NCBI GenBank assembly: GCA_900088475.1
Contig: FLMG01003843.1
Location: forward strand, 1 to 47,461
Length of the DNA stretch: 47,461 nt
From: Hyphochytrium catenoides
Lineage: Eukaryota; Protista; Hyphochytriomycota
Direction: 5' to 3'
This document shows, piece by piece, positions 1-10,351 of the stretch; position 1 is the stretch's first letter, and each line of letters starts with the position of its first letter. The translations under genes were made by a program, and so were the position numbers. Under the pieces are notes generated by a model. That model was not told the origin of the DNA and did no database searches. It saw only the letters and a list, made by a program, of their open reading frames with translations.

Positions 1-896
1 TGTCATCAGCAGACTGCAGCTACTCTTACCTAGCCGCTGCCGTATTCATTGCAGCAGCTGCGCCATCAGAAGGAGGCGGGTAGCGGGCTAGCAGTAAATA
101 AACAGCCGCTGATTAGTGGCTTATTAGGCTAATAACTACTACTACTACCACTGTACCGTTTCAATGAGGCGGGCCTCTTGTTGGCAAGCCAAGCAGTTAT
201 TGATTGTTGCGGCGCTGTAGTAGTTGTATTCACCACAACAACGACCAGCAATAATAGGATACCTCACCCTCGCCAGAAGCACAATAAGCTCTGCTGTTCC
301 ATGCGCGGAGTAGTAATACTTTAGTGCGTTCTTCGCCCATGTGCCGGCAGATTGGGTCAGAAGAAGAAAGAACCATTTTCTTCTTTGCTTTCTGAAGATC
401 TGGTCTTGAAGCAAAGAAGCTTCTAACTGATTGCAACAAAGCTTGTTGGTTCCTCAGACTTCGCGGCGCTTCATCGTTCATTTCTACCTGGAGTTCTATT
501 GTCCGCATCGCAATTGCGGTCTACATTTGCATCTCCAGGAGATCGACAGCACCACTGGAAGAGTTGACAGCCTCCTCCCAGCAGCCATCTTCCTGTGTGC
601 CTGCTTGTTGCAACCACCACCGAGGGAGGCAAGTTCTTCTCTGCAGAGACTCATTGTCGCTCGCCAGGTCAGGTTAGTGATGTTCTTCTGACTCAGTCGG
701 CCATAGGATTAGCTAGATAACACCATTGCCTAGAGGAATCCCTACCACCCAGCCTAACGTCATTGGCCGTGTATCCCTACAACGCCTTTTCGCCTTGCAC
801 TAGAGCGATTCTTTTCGCTTAGGTCAAGGTCTTAAAAACGAAAGGAACCACTCTGCTGCTCCAACGCACCTAACAGATCATTTTTTATCAGGGATC

Positions 897-2049
897 ATGG
901 CGGCTGACAGCGTTCAGGCTCTTCTATTAAGGGTCTTCATTCCAACCACCATTTACATCGGTTACCAGGTCCGTGTCCTTTTCGGTAGATATCATTGTTT
1001 ATCCATGTAGTAACCACACAAAAAAATCTGCGCCTCGGGTGCGGCGCCTTTGATGACCTCTTTATTCCCGCAGATGTACTTCAGTAACGCCTCCTTTGAC
1101 GAGAATCTTTTGAGCCCCGTTCTGCTTCTGATCGGTCTCCAGGTAAAACAAGTTCTGCACCCTCCTAAGCATCCATTTACCTAACTGCACACCTGTAGTT
1201 TATACTATTCACTTTCAGTTACGTGATGACTGTCGACACAGGAGCAGTTGTCGGAAAGCCAGGCAAGTGACCGCTTGCGTCCAGTAAACATCGCACAACT
1301 GCAGCACGTTTCCGTCGCTAACGACTAGATTGTCCTCTTTCGCCGTTTTGTGCCGTCTCTTCAGCTGCCAAACTTAATGAGCTCAAGTTCGTTCAAGGAG
1401 AGCCCGTCGACGTGGATCAAGGGCAGGTGACGGTTGTCGAGTTTTGGGTAAGATGCTTGATATTTGCCCACCTTACTCGGCACACTATTTATCTGTGACG
1501 GTCACATTCATGTTCCTAGGCTACCTGGTGTCCACCATGTAGAACGAGTATCCCACACTTGAGCAAGGTCTATGACACTTATAGAAATCAAGGTACAAAG
1601 CTATATATCGATCACACATTATCACGTTTGTCGCCCGTATTGACCCTAACCACTTAATAGGTGTCAGGATTGTTGGGGTGACAGTGGAGGATGAGCAACG
1701 AGTGACGGACTTCGTTAATCAAATGAAGAAAGACTTCCGGTACCCGGTCGCCGTCGATTCCACTCACAAAGTCTCCAAGGCGTAAGATATCTTATACAGC
1801 GGAGTATCTATCCACCTACTCAAGCTCGTCCCGTTTAGCTATCCACATTCAGGCATCCCACATGCAGTAGTTGTAGGCAAGGACGGACTCATCACCTGGA
1901 CGGGTCATCCGATGAACGGCTTAGAGGTAATTCCTGATTCGTAGGACTATCCGAGAGTGGTCGTGGAGTGAAACGTTTAAACTGCTCCTGTGTAGGCGGC
2001 AATAGAGAAGGCCCTCACTCAAGCCTCAGGCAAGCCCAAAGCAGAATAA
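897..2049 (+). CDS. Membrane-anchored TlpA/ResA-type thioredoxin-fold disulfide reductase (8 exons)
   Basis: Manual splicing gives MAADSVQALLLRVFIPTTIYIGYQ|MYFSNASFDENLLSPVLLLIGLQ|FILFTFSYVMTVDTGAVVGKP|AAKLNELKFVQGEPVDVDQGQVTVVEFW|ATWCPPCRTSIPHLSKVYDTYRNQ|GVRIVGVTVEDEQRVTDFVNQMKKDFRYPVAVDSTHKVSKA|YPHSGIPHAVVVGKDGLITWTGHPMNGLE|AAIEKALTQASGKPKAE*. It has the EFWATWCPPC active site, the GIP cis-Pro loop and a hydrophobic N-terminus. It is absent from the ORF track because the exons are short. Confidence 0.88.
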
Positions 2050-2079
2050 GGACATGGAGGGTGTCTTGTCGCGATCCAA

Positions 2080-2547
2080 TCAATTCCCTGTGCTTTTTCT
2101 CGAAGCTTTGCCCCACGCCCTGAGGATACTGAAATAGTACCTGCATGCGTTCTGGCTCCTCATTATATCCCTGAAGCTCTGGAAGTCTGCAGAGGCTACG
2201 ACGATTGTAATGAAGGTGTTGAGCACCTCAGCACCAGTACTGGAGGCTGAATTTGTGCTCATCTGTAGCTCTTTACATAACGTCATGAATGAGTCGGCGC
2301 TGTAGCCATGGGCCGACAAGCATTCCGTCAGGTCTCGTTCCATCATATTGACAAAGGTCTCGTGTAATCTGGAGCATTGCAGAGGGTACTCTGTGCTTTC
2401 TGTGGAGTCAACAGTTTGCGGAACCAGCTCTTGGAAGCTGTCTAGCAAGTCCAAAGTGGCTCTTTCCCATCTACTCGTTCTCTCCTCGCTCAGCACATCT
2501 TTAATGATTGCCAGTAGCTCTTCCGTCTTTTGTGCTGATTGGGGCAT
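2080..2547 (-). CDS. BART (ARL2/ARL3-binding) domain protein, ARL2BP/CFAP36-like
   Basis: Intronless 155-aa ORF. The segment EYPLQCSRLHETFVNMMERDLTECLSAHGYSADSFMTLC...IVVASADFQSFRDIM follows the BART pattern (E..h..F..l.E..L...L...G.s.e.F...C...a..DF..F..mM). Confidence 0.7.
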   Translation of the reverse strand: MPQSAQKTEELLAIIKDVLSEERTSRWERATLDLLDSFQELVPQTVDSTESTEYPLQCSRLHETFVNMMERDLTECLSAHGYSADSFMTLCKELQMSTNSASSTGAEVLNTFITIVVASADFQSFRDIMRSQNACRYYFSILRAWGKASRKSTGN

Positions 2548-3546
2548 TATGAGTTATGATCGTTGCTTAGGCTTGGGATGGACTCTGACAGTATACAAGG
2601 TAATAACTGGAGTCTGAAATGCTCGGCCCACATTCATTAACGAATGAGCCTAGGCTGGCGGCGGACAAGGGTTATGGCTGCCTTATCCAAAGTTCAAACC
2701 TGTGACTGCCAACTAGGGATGCAGCCCAAATTTGGTTGAGATTATGTTCTGCCTCGATTGTGGCTTGGGGCTATCTTTTGTCCTCACCTCTTAAGATTGG
2801 TAAGACAACCATACTTGGATTATTGTGCGCCTATCTCCTGCCCTAACCATAGTAACCAAGAATAAGCAGCGGATCGTGACTGTAGAGCCCTGCGGCGGGG
2901 GAGGCAGTAAGAGGAGCGGCAAGAGGAACGCTCTAGAAGATGCAGCAGCGGCCACCATCGTCCCACATCGTCAGATAACTTTTGGGATTGTCGTTACTCT
3001 TTTCTTGATGCTTCCCTACAGGTAGCTTGTCTGTCCTCATCCTGTGCTGTGCGTTGTTGCTGTGATGTGCTGTACTGAAAGTGTAGTTGGGCTCTCTTCT
3101 GGCTCTCTGGCTCTCCCATCCACCTTCAAGTTTGACTGCCTGTGTGATACGCATAGTTCTAGGGCCATAGGCCATAGGATGGGTAGGGCGATAATGGGCA
3201 TGGCTCTTGCGCGGCGAGACAGATTGGGCATAGAGTTAGCGGTTCTATAGGGAATGTAGAGGGAGAGATTTCTCTTCGTCCACTGGCTCGAGTGAGTGAG
3301 CGCTCCTCCTGATGCGTGAGCTTTGGCCCTCGAGGCAACAGAGCCTCAGTCATGCTGCTGCTTCTCAGTAACGCGCCACGGAAGAGCTCCTTGACCAGCA
3401 CTCAGCAGTCACACCGACGCTCATCAGCAGAGGCACACACCTTCGCCACCTCAACGGACAGGCTGACCGTTGTCTTCGCAGTCTCCTTGGCCTCCTTAAT
3501 CGAAGTAAGAAGAACCAGCTATTCAGCTGCTCCATTGCTCAGACCA

Positions 3547-4152
3547 ATGAAGAAAGGCTTGGGTGAGAAGAAGCGGCATGCGTCGTGGGGCACCTCCCCT
3601 GTGAGCATCAGTATCTCAGGAACAAGTCAGCTGGGAAGCACCACTATGTATAACCTTCACATGGAGAACACACTGACATCCTACTGGTGGAAGGTGGAGC
3701 GGAGATACTCTGAGTTTCTCCTGCTAAGAAACAGAATTCATCATGCACTAGTGACGACTGAGCATGAGCACTGTCCTGGATGCAAGTCCTTCCTTCTGCA
3801 TTTGGAAAAGATGCGCTTTCCCAAGCGGTTGGTCATTCTCAGAAGCTCGCATTCCGTCATCCTCGACCGACAGAAGACCCTTCAAGACTTCTTGCAGTGG
3901 CTTTCTTGGAGAATGTACAATCCTGAAGTCAAACGCTGCATTAACTGCGGACACAAGATAGCGGCGCATCTAGAAGAGTTCTTGGCAGATGATAGCACGC
4001 AGAAGGTTCATGTAGAAGTAGAAGGCCAGCTTTTCGCGGAAGCACGAGCTGTTCCTGCTTCGGTTCGAAAGCTGGCCTCGGCGAGCTCTTCGAAGCGTCT
4101 TCTTAAGAATGGCGAGAGCATTGACGACGGCAAGACCATGAGGATTGCTTGA
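3547..4152 (+). CDS. PX (phox homology) domain protein
   Basis: TMYNLHMEN...WWKVERRYSEFLLLRNRI...FPKR...VILDRQKTLQDFLQWL is a canonical PX signature. The start is uncertain, with in-frame ATGs at 3352 and 3547. Confidence 0.85.
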   Translation: MKKGLGEKKRHASWGTSPVSISISGTSQLGSTTMYNLHMENTLTSYWWKVERRYSEFLLLRNRIHHALVTTEHEHCPGCKSFLLHLEKMRFPKRLVILRSSHSVILDRQKTLQDFLQWLSWRMYNPEVKRCINCGHKIAAHLEEFLADDSTQKVHVEVEGQLFAEARAVPASVRKLASASSSKRLLKNGESIDDGKTMRIA

Positions 4153-5426
4153 GGGTCTTATCGCCTGGAAGCTAGTTTTGCTGAAAGAGTCAGTCATCTC
4201 GCTCTCCTCATGAATAGAGTATTTATATCGAAAGAATAGACGTTGGAAATAGTCGCCACCTCGCGGATCGTCAAGCAATTAAGCTGCTTAGGGACCTTCT
4301 GGAGGCAGCTCGGTGGGAAAACGAGGCACATGGATTGCATAGACGCTAGATCTTCGGTTTGACGGGAGCGACGCATTCTGCTGCTGTTGGGCATGCCAGA
4401 GGGCTTTCTCTTCTTTGATGCTTAGCAGTTTCAATACACTCACTCTGTGAGAAATATCCAGTCTTTCACATAACGATGTTAGGAGGCCTAAGGCCAGGAG
4501 ACTGATGAGAGAGGAGGTCGTCATAGGTCTGGAAAGGAGGGGAAACATGAGCAGGAGAGAGTATCAGTCGACGAGAAACTCAGAGGAGGGTTCTGGGCTG
4601 GAGAATTTGTCGTCTGTTCTTCCGTCAGTCCAGACGACTCTTCAGCTGAATATAATATGGTGTCGTAGCACCTCCGCAACTTTCGGATGGAGCTATGATT
4701 ATCCATCATCCATTTTAAAAAAATATCTATCAGTGGCTTCCACCTTCCCCGACGTCGTATCGGGCTCACTGAGATCATCAACCCAAACAGCCTAATAGGT
4801 CACCGTTGTAGTCGTACCGTCAAGGTCATAGTTGTACACTGAAGGTAGTAACCAGGGAGATGTAAAACGGTTCTGTCATTGAAAGGGTGCGTGATGCTTG
4901 CGTGTCCTCCTCGCCCCTCATTTTTTCTCCTGTAGTATGAGATGCTACGCTGCTGTCTCTCTTCATAGTCGCCTTCAGCCAATGCGCCTCTCCCTTCGAT
5001 CTACGGGGGCGCCTTCTATTCAGCGGGAAGCTTCAGCCACGTGGATCGCGCTAGCTCTCAAGGACTACATCATGGATTGGACAGTGACCGATGGGCCATG
5101 ATGTGGCCACGAACCCCGTAAGAGCCACCGTTTTGCGAGAGGCGGCGAGTCCGTGACAGTAGGGCCTGCCTCAGTTCCTCTCATTCAGCATCGGATGAGT
5201 TCTCAGGCGAGAAGAAGGTCTTAGTGAGAGGGAAGTCTAGGGAGCCAATGCTAGAATGATGGGACTTTCGTGCTTGAAAGGCTATGCTTTTTTCTGGCGG
5301 TGCTTCACAAGCAGACAAGGGGTACTGCTAACTTCCCCCCGTAAAGCAGGATGCTGAAGCAGATAGGCTGCCCACACTTTACCCTGTCTTCCCAGCGACA
5401 CCACTAAGGAGATTATCACTCAAAGC

Positions 5427-7083
5427 ATGAAGCTTCCCAGAATACGGCCGCTGAGAGGGTTAGCCAGATACTGGCGGCATGCACTGCGTGATGGAGAACA
5501 AGGAGAGAAGACTTATCGCCTGGAGGGAGATTTGGCTGTAGCCATTACTACGCTACCCAGAAACGGTGATCCTGTCCCTGAAGACCAAATGGATGAACTA
5601 AAGTAAGTTAAATAGAGAAAGTATGAATGCCTTGCCCGACGACGTCATATTGAGCCTGCCACAGGGCCATATTGGACTCCTGGCTGGATGACAAGAATAA
5701 ATGCAGTCCAGATGATATTATCCCTGGCGATATGAGTGGCAGCACTGCCCTCATTCTTGCGTCAAAGCTAGGCATTGTCACGGTCATACCGTTACTTCTT
5801 GAAGCAAAAGCAACAGTAGATAAGCCTAATAGGGTAAGGCAGAGATAACGTCGAATCTGAGTTGGACCCCTAGGCTGAAACATGATACTTCTTTCTTTAG
5901 AACGGAGAGACAGCACTCCTTGCTGCCTGTGAAAAGAATCAAACTGAGGCTGCCAAGCTGCTTCTAGACTTTGGAGCAGATCCTTCCGTTATGGATAAGG
6001 TATGTTAACAAATTCCCACCTTCCTCGTTCCAGCCAGAAAGTCTCAGACCCGTTTTCCTCTTATAATTCTCCAGCTTGGCATGTCTCCCTTAATGTATGC
6101 AGTGCGCAACGGTAACTTGGAGCTCGTAAAGGCGCTTGCAGCTCGCCATGCCTGGCAGATGGCACCCGACGAGGTAGAGTCTCCCAGCGCACGCTGCCAA
6201 GTGTATCTGGGTTGACTTACTAGAGAACTCTTCAAAGGCTCATCGCGCCGGACATAAGACAGCCATAGACTATGCCGACGAGTTTGGCTTACTCGAGATC
6301 AAAGATATTTTGCTAAAGGATTTGACATGTAAGACAGACTGCGTTTGGGACACGTGAAACTGCATCCTAGAGTTCTCAATTGCTGCCCATGCTGTAGACC
6401 AGCTACAAAGAAGGGAGGAGAACTTGCTAAAGCTGCCTCCCTCCAAGCGTCCCATGCCGCAGGATGTCTGCGAAAAGCGTCAGGATCGCCCTATCACTCC
6501 CACGATGAAGGAAGGAACTCAGACGAATAAGGCTAGAGTTAGAGAGGAGAGAATGATTAGTCCCGGGCAAAATCCTCCATACGGTAGGAAAGGGCAACTA
6601 CGCGACACTCCCAGCAATAACTCGATGGTAGCAGCCACCAGTCCGGAGAGGTGCATCTCGGCTGGTGATAAACTTAGCTCGGAAACCCAGCTCTTTCTTG
6701 GGAGAGTGAATGAGAAGGGCTTCCGATGGCAGCGCATGGGTCCGGCAAAGTGGAGATCCTTGCAGATTGATGATCCTAGTGAGAGTCGGCACAATCCAAA
6801 ACTGTCGGAGGACCAACTACCAGCTACCCTGGAAAAGGAACAACCATCCTGGGCACTCCAGGGACAGATTTCGAGCAACAGAACGTTCACGAACCGAGTC
6901 GGGGACATTATTGAGGAGACTAGGCGGCACGGTCGAGATAAAAGTTCAGTCCCAAATATCGTAAGATTGTGCCCTCCAATACCGACAGCTTCGCAAATGC
7001 GAGATGTGGACTATGCGAAGCCGCCAGTTCAAGAGACCCTTTGTTACAGCAGTCCTCAGCGCGCGGAGAATGTCCTTCGCTAG
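5427..7083 (+). CDS. Ankyrin-repeat protein with low-complexity C-terminal region (multi-exon; 3' end uncertain)
   Basis: Spliced exons read GSTALILASKLGIVTVIPLLLEAKATVDKPNR|NGETALLAACEKNQTEAAKLLLDFGADPSVMDK|LGMSPLMYAVRNGNLELVKAL...|KTAIDYADEFGLLEIKDIL. A phase-1 intron (acat|gtaag...tgtag|ac) joins these in frame to ORF 6424..7083. A gtaag donor at 6961 suggests further exons may follow. Confidence 0.8.
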
Positions 7084-7564
7084 CTGTCACCATCATAGCC
7101 GTTGATGTTCCACCGTAGCTAACTCACAGACTCGGGGCGGTTGAACCCTTCTCTAACCGTCCCCCAAACAAGTGCCTATGGCGTTGTCTAGCAATAGTCT
7201 TTCGACTGGGACTAGCGTTGCCGGGATGCTCCTATTGACTACTTTCTGCTGGATGGTTACTACTTTTGGTCTTCGGGTTGACTCAAGAGAGACTTACATC
7301 CCAAAAAGACCACGTGCCAAGGAACCCACGCCCTCTGAGAATAGCTGGTACTAGGAGGCCTGAGCTGCTGCTACTAGAAGATCTGAGTTCCCCTGCTTCG
7401 TATAGCATGTGCTCCTTTCGGAGAAGTCCTAGGAACGGGGTCCTCATGCACACAACTCAGTCCATACTTAGTCTCTTCTCCTCGCATGCCACACCAGTCA
7501 TGGAAGATGATACGGACAAACTCTATAATAGATGGTAGGAACATTTTATGCAGTTTTCCTCGTG

Positions 7565-7612
7565 GAGGCAAAATATTGATAGCAACCAGAGGCAACATAT
7601 TGATAGCAACCA
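7565..7612. repeat. 24-bp tandem duplication (1 mismatch)
   Basis: gaggcaaaatattgatagcaacca / gaggcaacatattgatagcaacca. Confidence 0.9.
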
Positions 7613-7715
7613 CCAGCAGGGACCGCTTTGAACAGTGTGAAAGACAAGGAAACCGGAAACACGTGCGATTTCAGCGAAGTATTCGAACGAGTAGTAGAAG
7701 GCACTCTGCACTCTT

Positions 7716-8251
7716 CATTGTGCTAATACCACTTTATCGATTGGAAAAACTTCGTCCCGGTACGAGCTCCCAGCGATCCTTACTACCACGGTCTTGCTGC
7801 TGGGCCTCAGCACTAGAAGAGATCTAATGGACCACCACGGCATTAAGTAGCGTCAGCTTGCTCTAAGGTCCATGCTGTGTACGGTGTCGTTCCGCAATTC
7901 GGCAGCATGATGCTTGTCCAGGCTTGTCTTCCGTTACCTGCAGCTTCCGTAGTACTGTATGCAACAGCAGCCACAGTCTATCTGGCGATCGGTTTCGCTT
8001 CTGGTCTTCGTGATCCCTAAGCAGCACGTTGACAAGTACGCGTCTTCCCTCTCTCTTCGAACCTCATCAGACGTTGATAGTGTTCCAGTGCTTGGTAGAA
8101 CTGTCGCCCTGATAAGGTGCTTCCTAGGAAGGTCTCCAGAAAGCTGTGGTGCCCAATAATCAGCACCATGCGACAGTCCAGTAGAACATGCTTCGACTTC
8201 CAGTTTCCATTTTCTTGCACGACGAATGAACAGCACCTTCTTCTTGGCCAT
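7716..8251 (-). CDS. Hypothetical two-exon protein (~140 aa)
   Basis: ORF 7934..8251 (MAKKKVLFIRR...CIQYYGSC) has an AG|gtaacg donor that splices in frame to cattag|A, giving RSLLVLRPSSKTVVVRIAGSSYRDEVFPIDKVVLAQ*. No homology recognised. Confidence 0.35.
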
Positions 8252-8446
8252 CTCAAGATGAGCATGCTTATTTGCTAGTTCTAATTTTCAAGAGAACGAC
8301 AAAACCCATCCCATAATTCTGTAGGTGATCGCTGATCGCTGCACTACTACGGTAAAACAGTTCTAGAAAGGCGAACCAACAAATTTGCCCCGCTGTAAGA
8401 ATTACTAGGACAATAGTAAGCCCAGCTCCGCTACGCAGGTCTGTCA

Positions 8447-8480
8447 TAGTCTGGGAAGAAGGTTAGTCTGGGAAGAAGGT
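8447..8480. repeat. Perfect 17-bp tandem duplication
   Basis: tagtctgggaagaaggt occurs twice in a row. Confidence 0.9.
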
Positions 8481-9476
8481 TCATAGTAGTTCAAAGCAAG
8501 GCCTTGTTGTTTTATAAAATGGGGTTAGGTTAAAATGGTTAGGATATCGGCTCCAACCAAGCGCTGTTATCTGTTTCCGAGTTCGAAGATGCAACAGATT
8601 CAGCAGGCAGTATATTTTAGTCCTACCTCCAGGCCGCCAACCGCTCACCGCCTTGCTCTTTACCTATCGCGCTAATAAGAGCTCTAAGAATGCGCCTAAG
8701 ATGGATGCTCGAGGAGGAAGGACGATTGGCTACCTTCGAAGAATATCCCATCAAGTTCCGTCTCCGCCAGAAATTATCTGCAGGGTGTGAGTGTCGATGA
8801 CGCAGTAGTTCTATGCAATCATCTATGACACACCTATGGCTTTTGACAAAGAGGTCTTGAAAAAACTTGAAACATCTGAAAGCATGAGCCCATCTACTCG
8901 TAGAACCCGATGAAAATCTACAGATTGTCCTACCTGCCGTTAAGGTCCGAATGTCTGAAATAAGTGTTTGTTCTCTTCTCTCAGTTCTACGAAAAGAGCT
9001 ACTACTTCTTGGCGTGCTACTACTAATAAAGATCCTTCTTCTGGCACAATTGAATAAGTGGTTAGCTGGTATCTCCGTCTGCTGCTGAGCACACTACTAC
9101 TCTCAGAAGCTGTTTCCAAGGTATCTGATGCTTTCTTGTGCCGTACTACTACTTCTAGCAGTAGACAGAACAACGGCGCCGGCGTAGCTAGCTCTTTATT
9201 TGATGGCTCCCTGCTTCCCCTGGCAATAGGGGGGCTTAGGATTAAACCAGGGTGCTTCCTGGCCAGAAGAACTTGTGCCCGACTATTAATGCCGGCCCAT
9301 GCCGGATCATCGCAGAGAAGAGACAAGGGCCAGAGAGGCCAAGACAGGGCCAAGCTCTCTTAGTATGAAGGGAAGTCAGCTTTTTCCCGCTCCTGGGTGA
9401 CTGCTGATAAGCCTCTTCCACAGGCCTTTCACTCTTTAGGGACAGGACTACTCTACATATGCTCTCTTCTCAGATC

Positions 9477-9504
9477 TCAATTACATCTGAACCTCACAGG
9501 CACA
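9477..9504 (+). promoter_or_regulatory. Conserved upstream element of secreted paralog A (candidate initiator/TSS region)
   Basis: tcaattacatctgaacctcacaggcaca is 25/28 identical to 12676-12703, while the rest of the two leaders is not visibly alignable. Confidence 0.6.
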
Positions 9505-9556
9505 CGTCGACTCAGCGTCCGCTTCCTGAAGAGTTGCCCCTCTAACGAATAAAAGC

Positions 9557-10351
9557 ATGCACTACGTTCATTCCGCATCCACGACCCTCTCGTTGGCACT
9601 AGTTTGCCTATTCGTCCATAGCTTCAAGGCTGTCACAGCTGCTGATGACGGCGTGGCTTGCAAAGATAAATGCTTACGAGGAAACTGGCAGGTTGCTGGC
9701 TGGGCCACTTATCCTGATTCCCCAGCCTGTTGGAAAAATGAAGGAAGCTACTTTAGCTGTTTTGACAAGATCAATGGAAACTGTCCGTGGGGAGGTATGA
9801 CGGACTGCACAACCGTCCCGGCCCCAACCGTCACGCCTGCTCCAAGGCCTACTCCTACTCCTACTCCCAAGCCAACACCGGCCACCGGGAACCCGACCCC
9901 TGCACCTACTCCCAGGCCAACACCAACCGCTGAGAACCCAACCCCTACTCCTACTCCTTCTCCCACGCCAACACCAACACCAACGACAACCACTAAGAAC
10001 CCAACTAAGGTCTGCCTAGGAGTCTGTCTTCGGGATAACAATCAGCAAAACGGCTGGGCTAGTGCTAACGCGGGCGCTCCACCGTGCTGGAAGGATGAGG
10101 GCACCTACTTTAGCTGTTTCGACTACCTTAATGACAAGTGCCCCGAGGGAAGTACTATCAGTGACTGTCCCAAAAGTGAGATGCCTCCTCTTTGCGATGG
10201 ATGGGGAGCTTACTGCGGAACAAGCGACTGCATCAACCCTGCGCGGCGAGGTTGTTGCTATGACCCTGCTGAGAACAGTTACTTCTCCTTTTGGTGGTAC
10301 GTCAATGGCCAGGCCAATGATGAGTGCAAATCGCCTTTGGTCCGGTCATAG
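9557..10351 (+). CDS. Secreted Cys/Trp-rich repeat protein, paralog A (signal peptide, 6-Cys module, Pro/Thr linker, second module, C-terminal Cys domain)
   Basis: Intronless 264-aa ORF with a hydrophobic signal peptide ending VTA|A, an internally duplicated CxxxCLR..W..PxCW..YFSCFD..CP..DC module and a PT-rich linker. A close paralog lies at 12778. Confidence 0.92.
   Translation: MHYVHSASTTLSLALVCLFVHSFKAVTAADDGVACKDKCLRGNWQVAGWATYPDSPACWKNEGSYFSCFDKINGNCPWGGMTDCTTVPAPTVTPAPRPTPTPTPKPTPATGNPTPAPTPRPTPTAENPTPTPTPSPTPTPTPTTTTKNPTKVCLGVCLRDNNQQNGWASANAGAPPCWKDEGTYFSCFDYLNDKCPEGSTISDCPKSEMPPLCDGWGAYCGTSDCINPARRGCCYDPAENSYFSFWWYVNGQANDECKSPLVRS

Noticed and set aside
230-508. HMGEERTKVLLLRAW on the minus strand resembles the retrotransposon integrase zinc-binding HxGxxxT motif
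   Set aside because: There is no downstream CxxC, DDE core, RT or LTR, so one short motif is not enough.
8690-8940. Short protein-like + strand fragments (MLEEEGRLATFEEYPIKFR.., FYAIIYDTPMAFDKEVLKK..)
   Set aside because: I could not build a convincing spliced model or recognise any homology.
9748-10041. Minus-strand Gly/Val-repeat ORFs (also 12963..13217)
   Set aside because: These are antisense shadows of the Pro/Thr linker codons.
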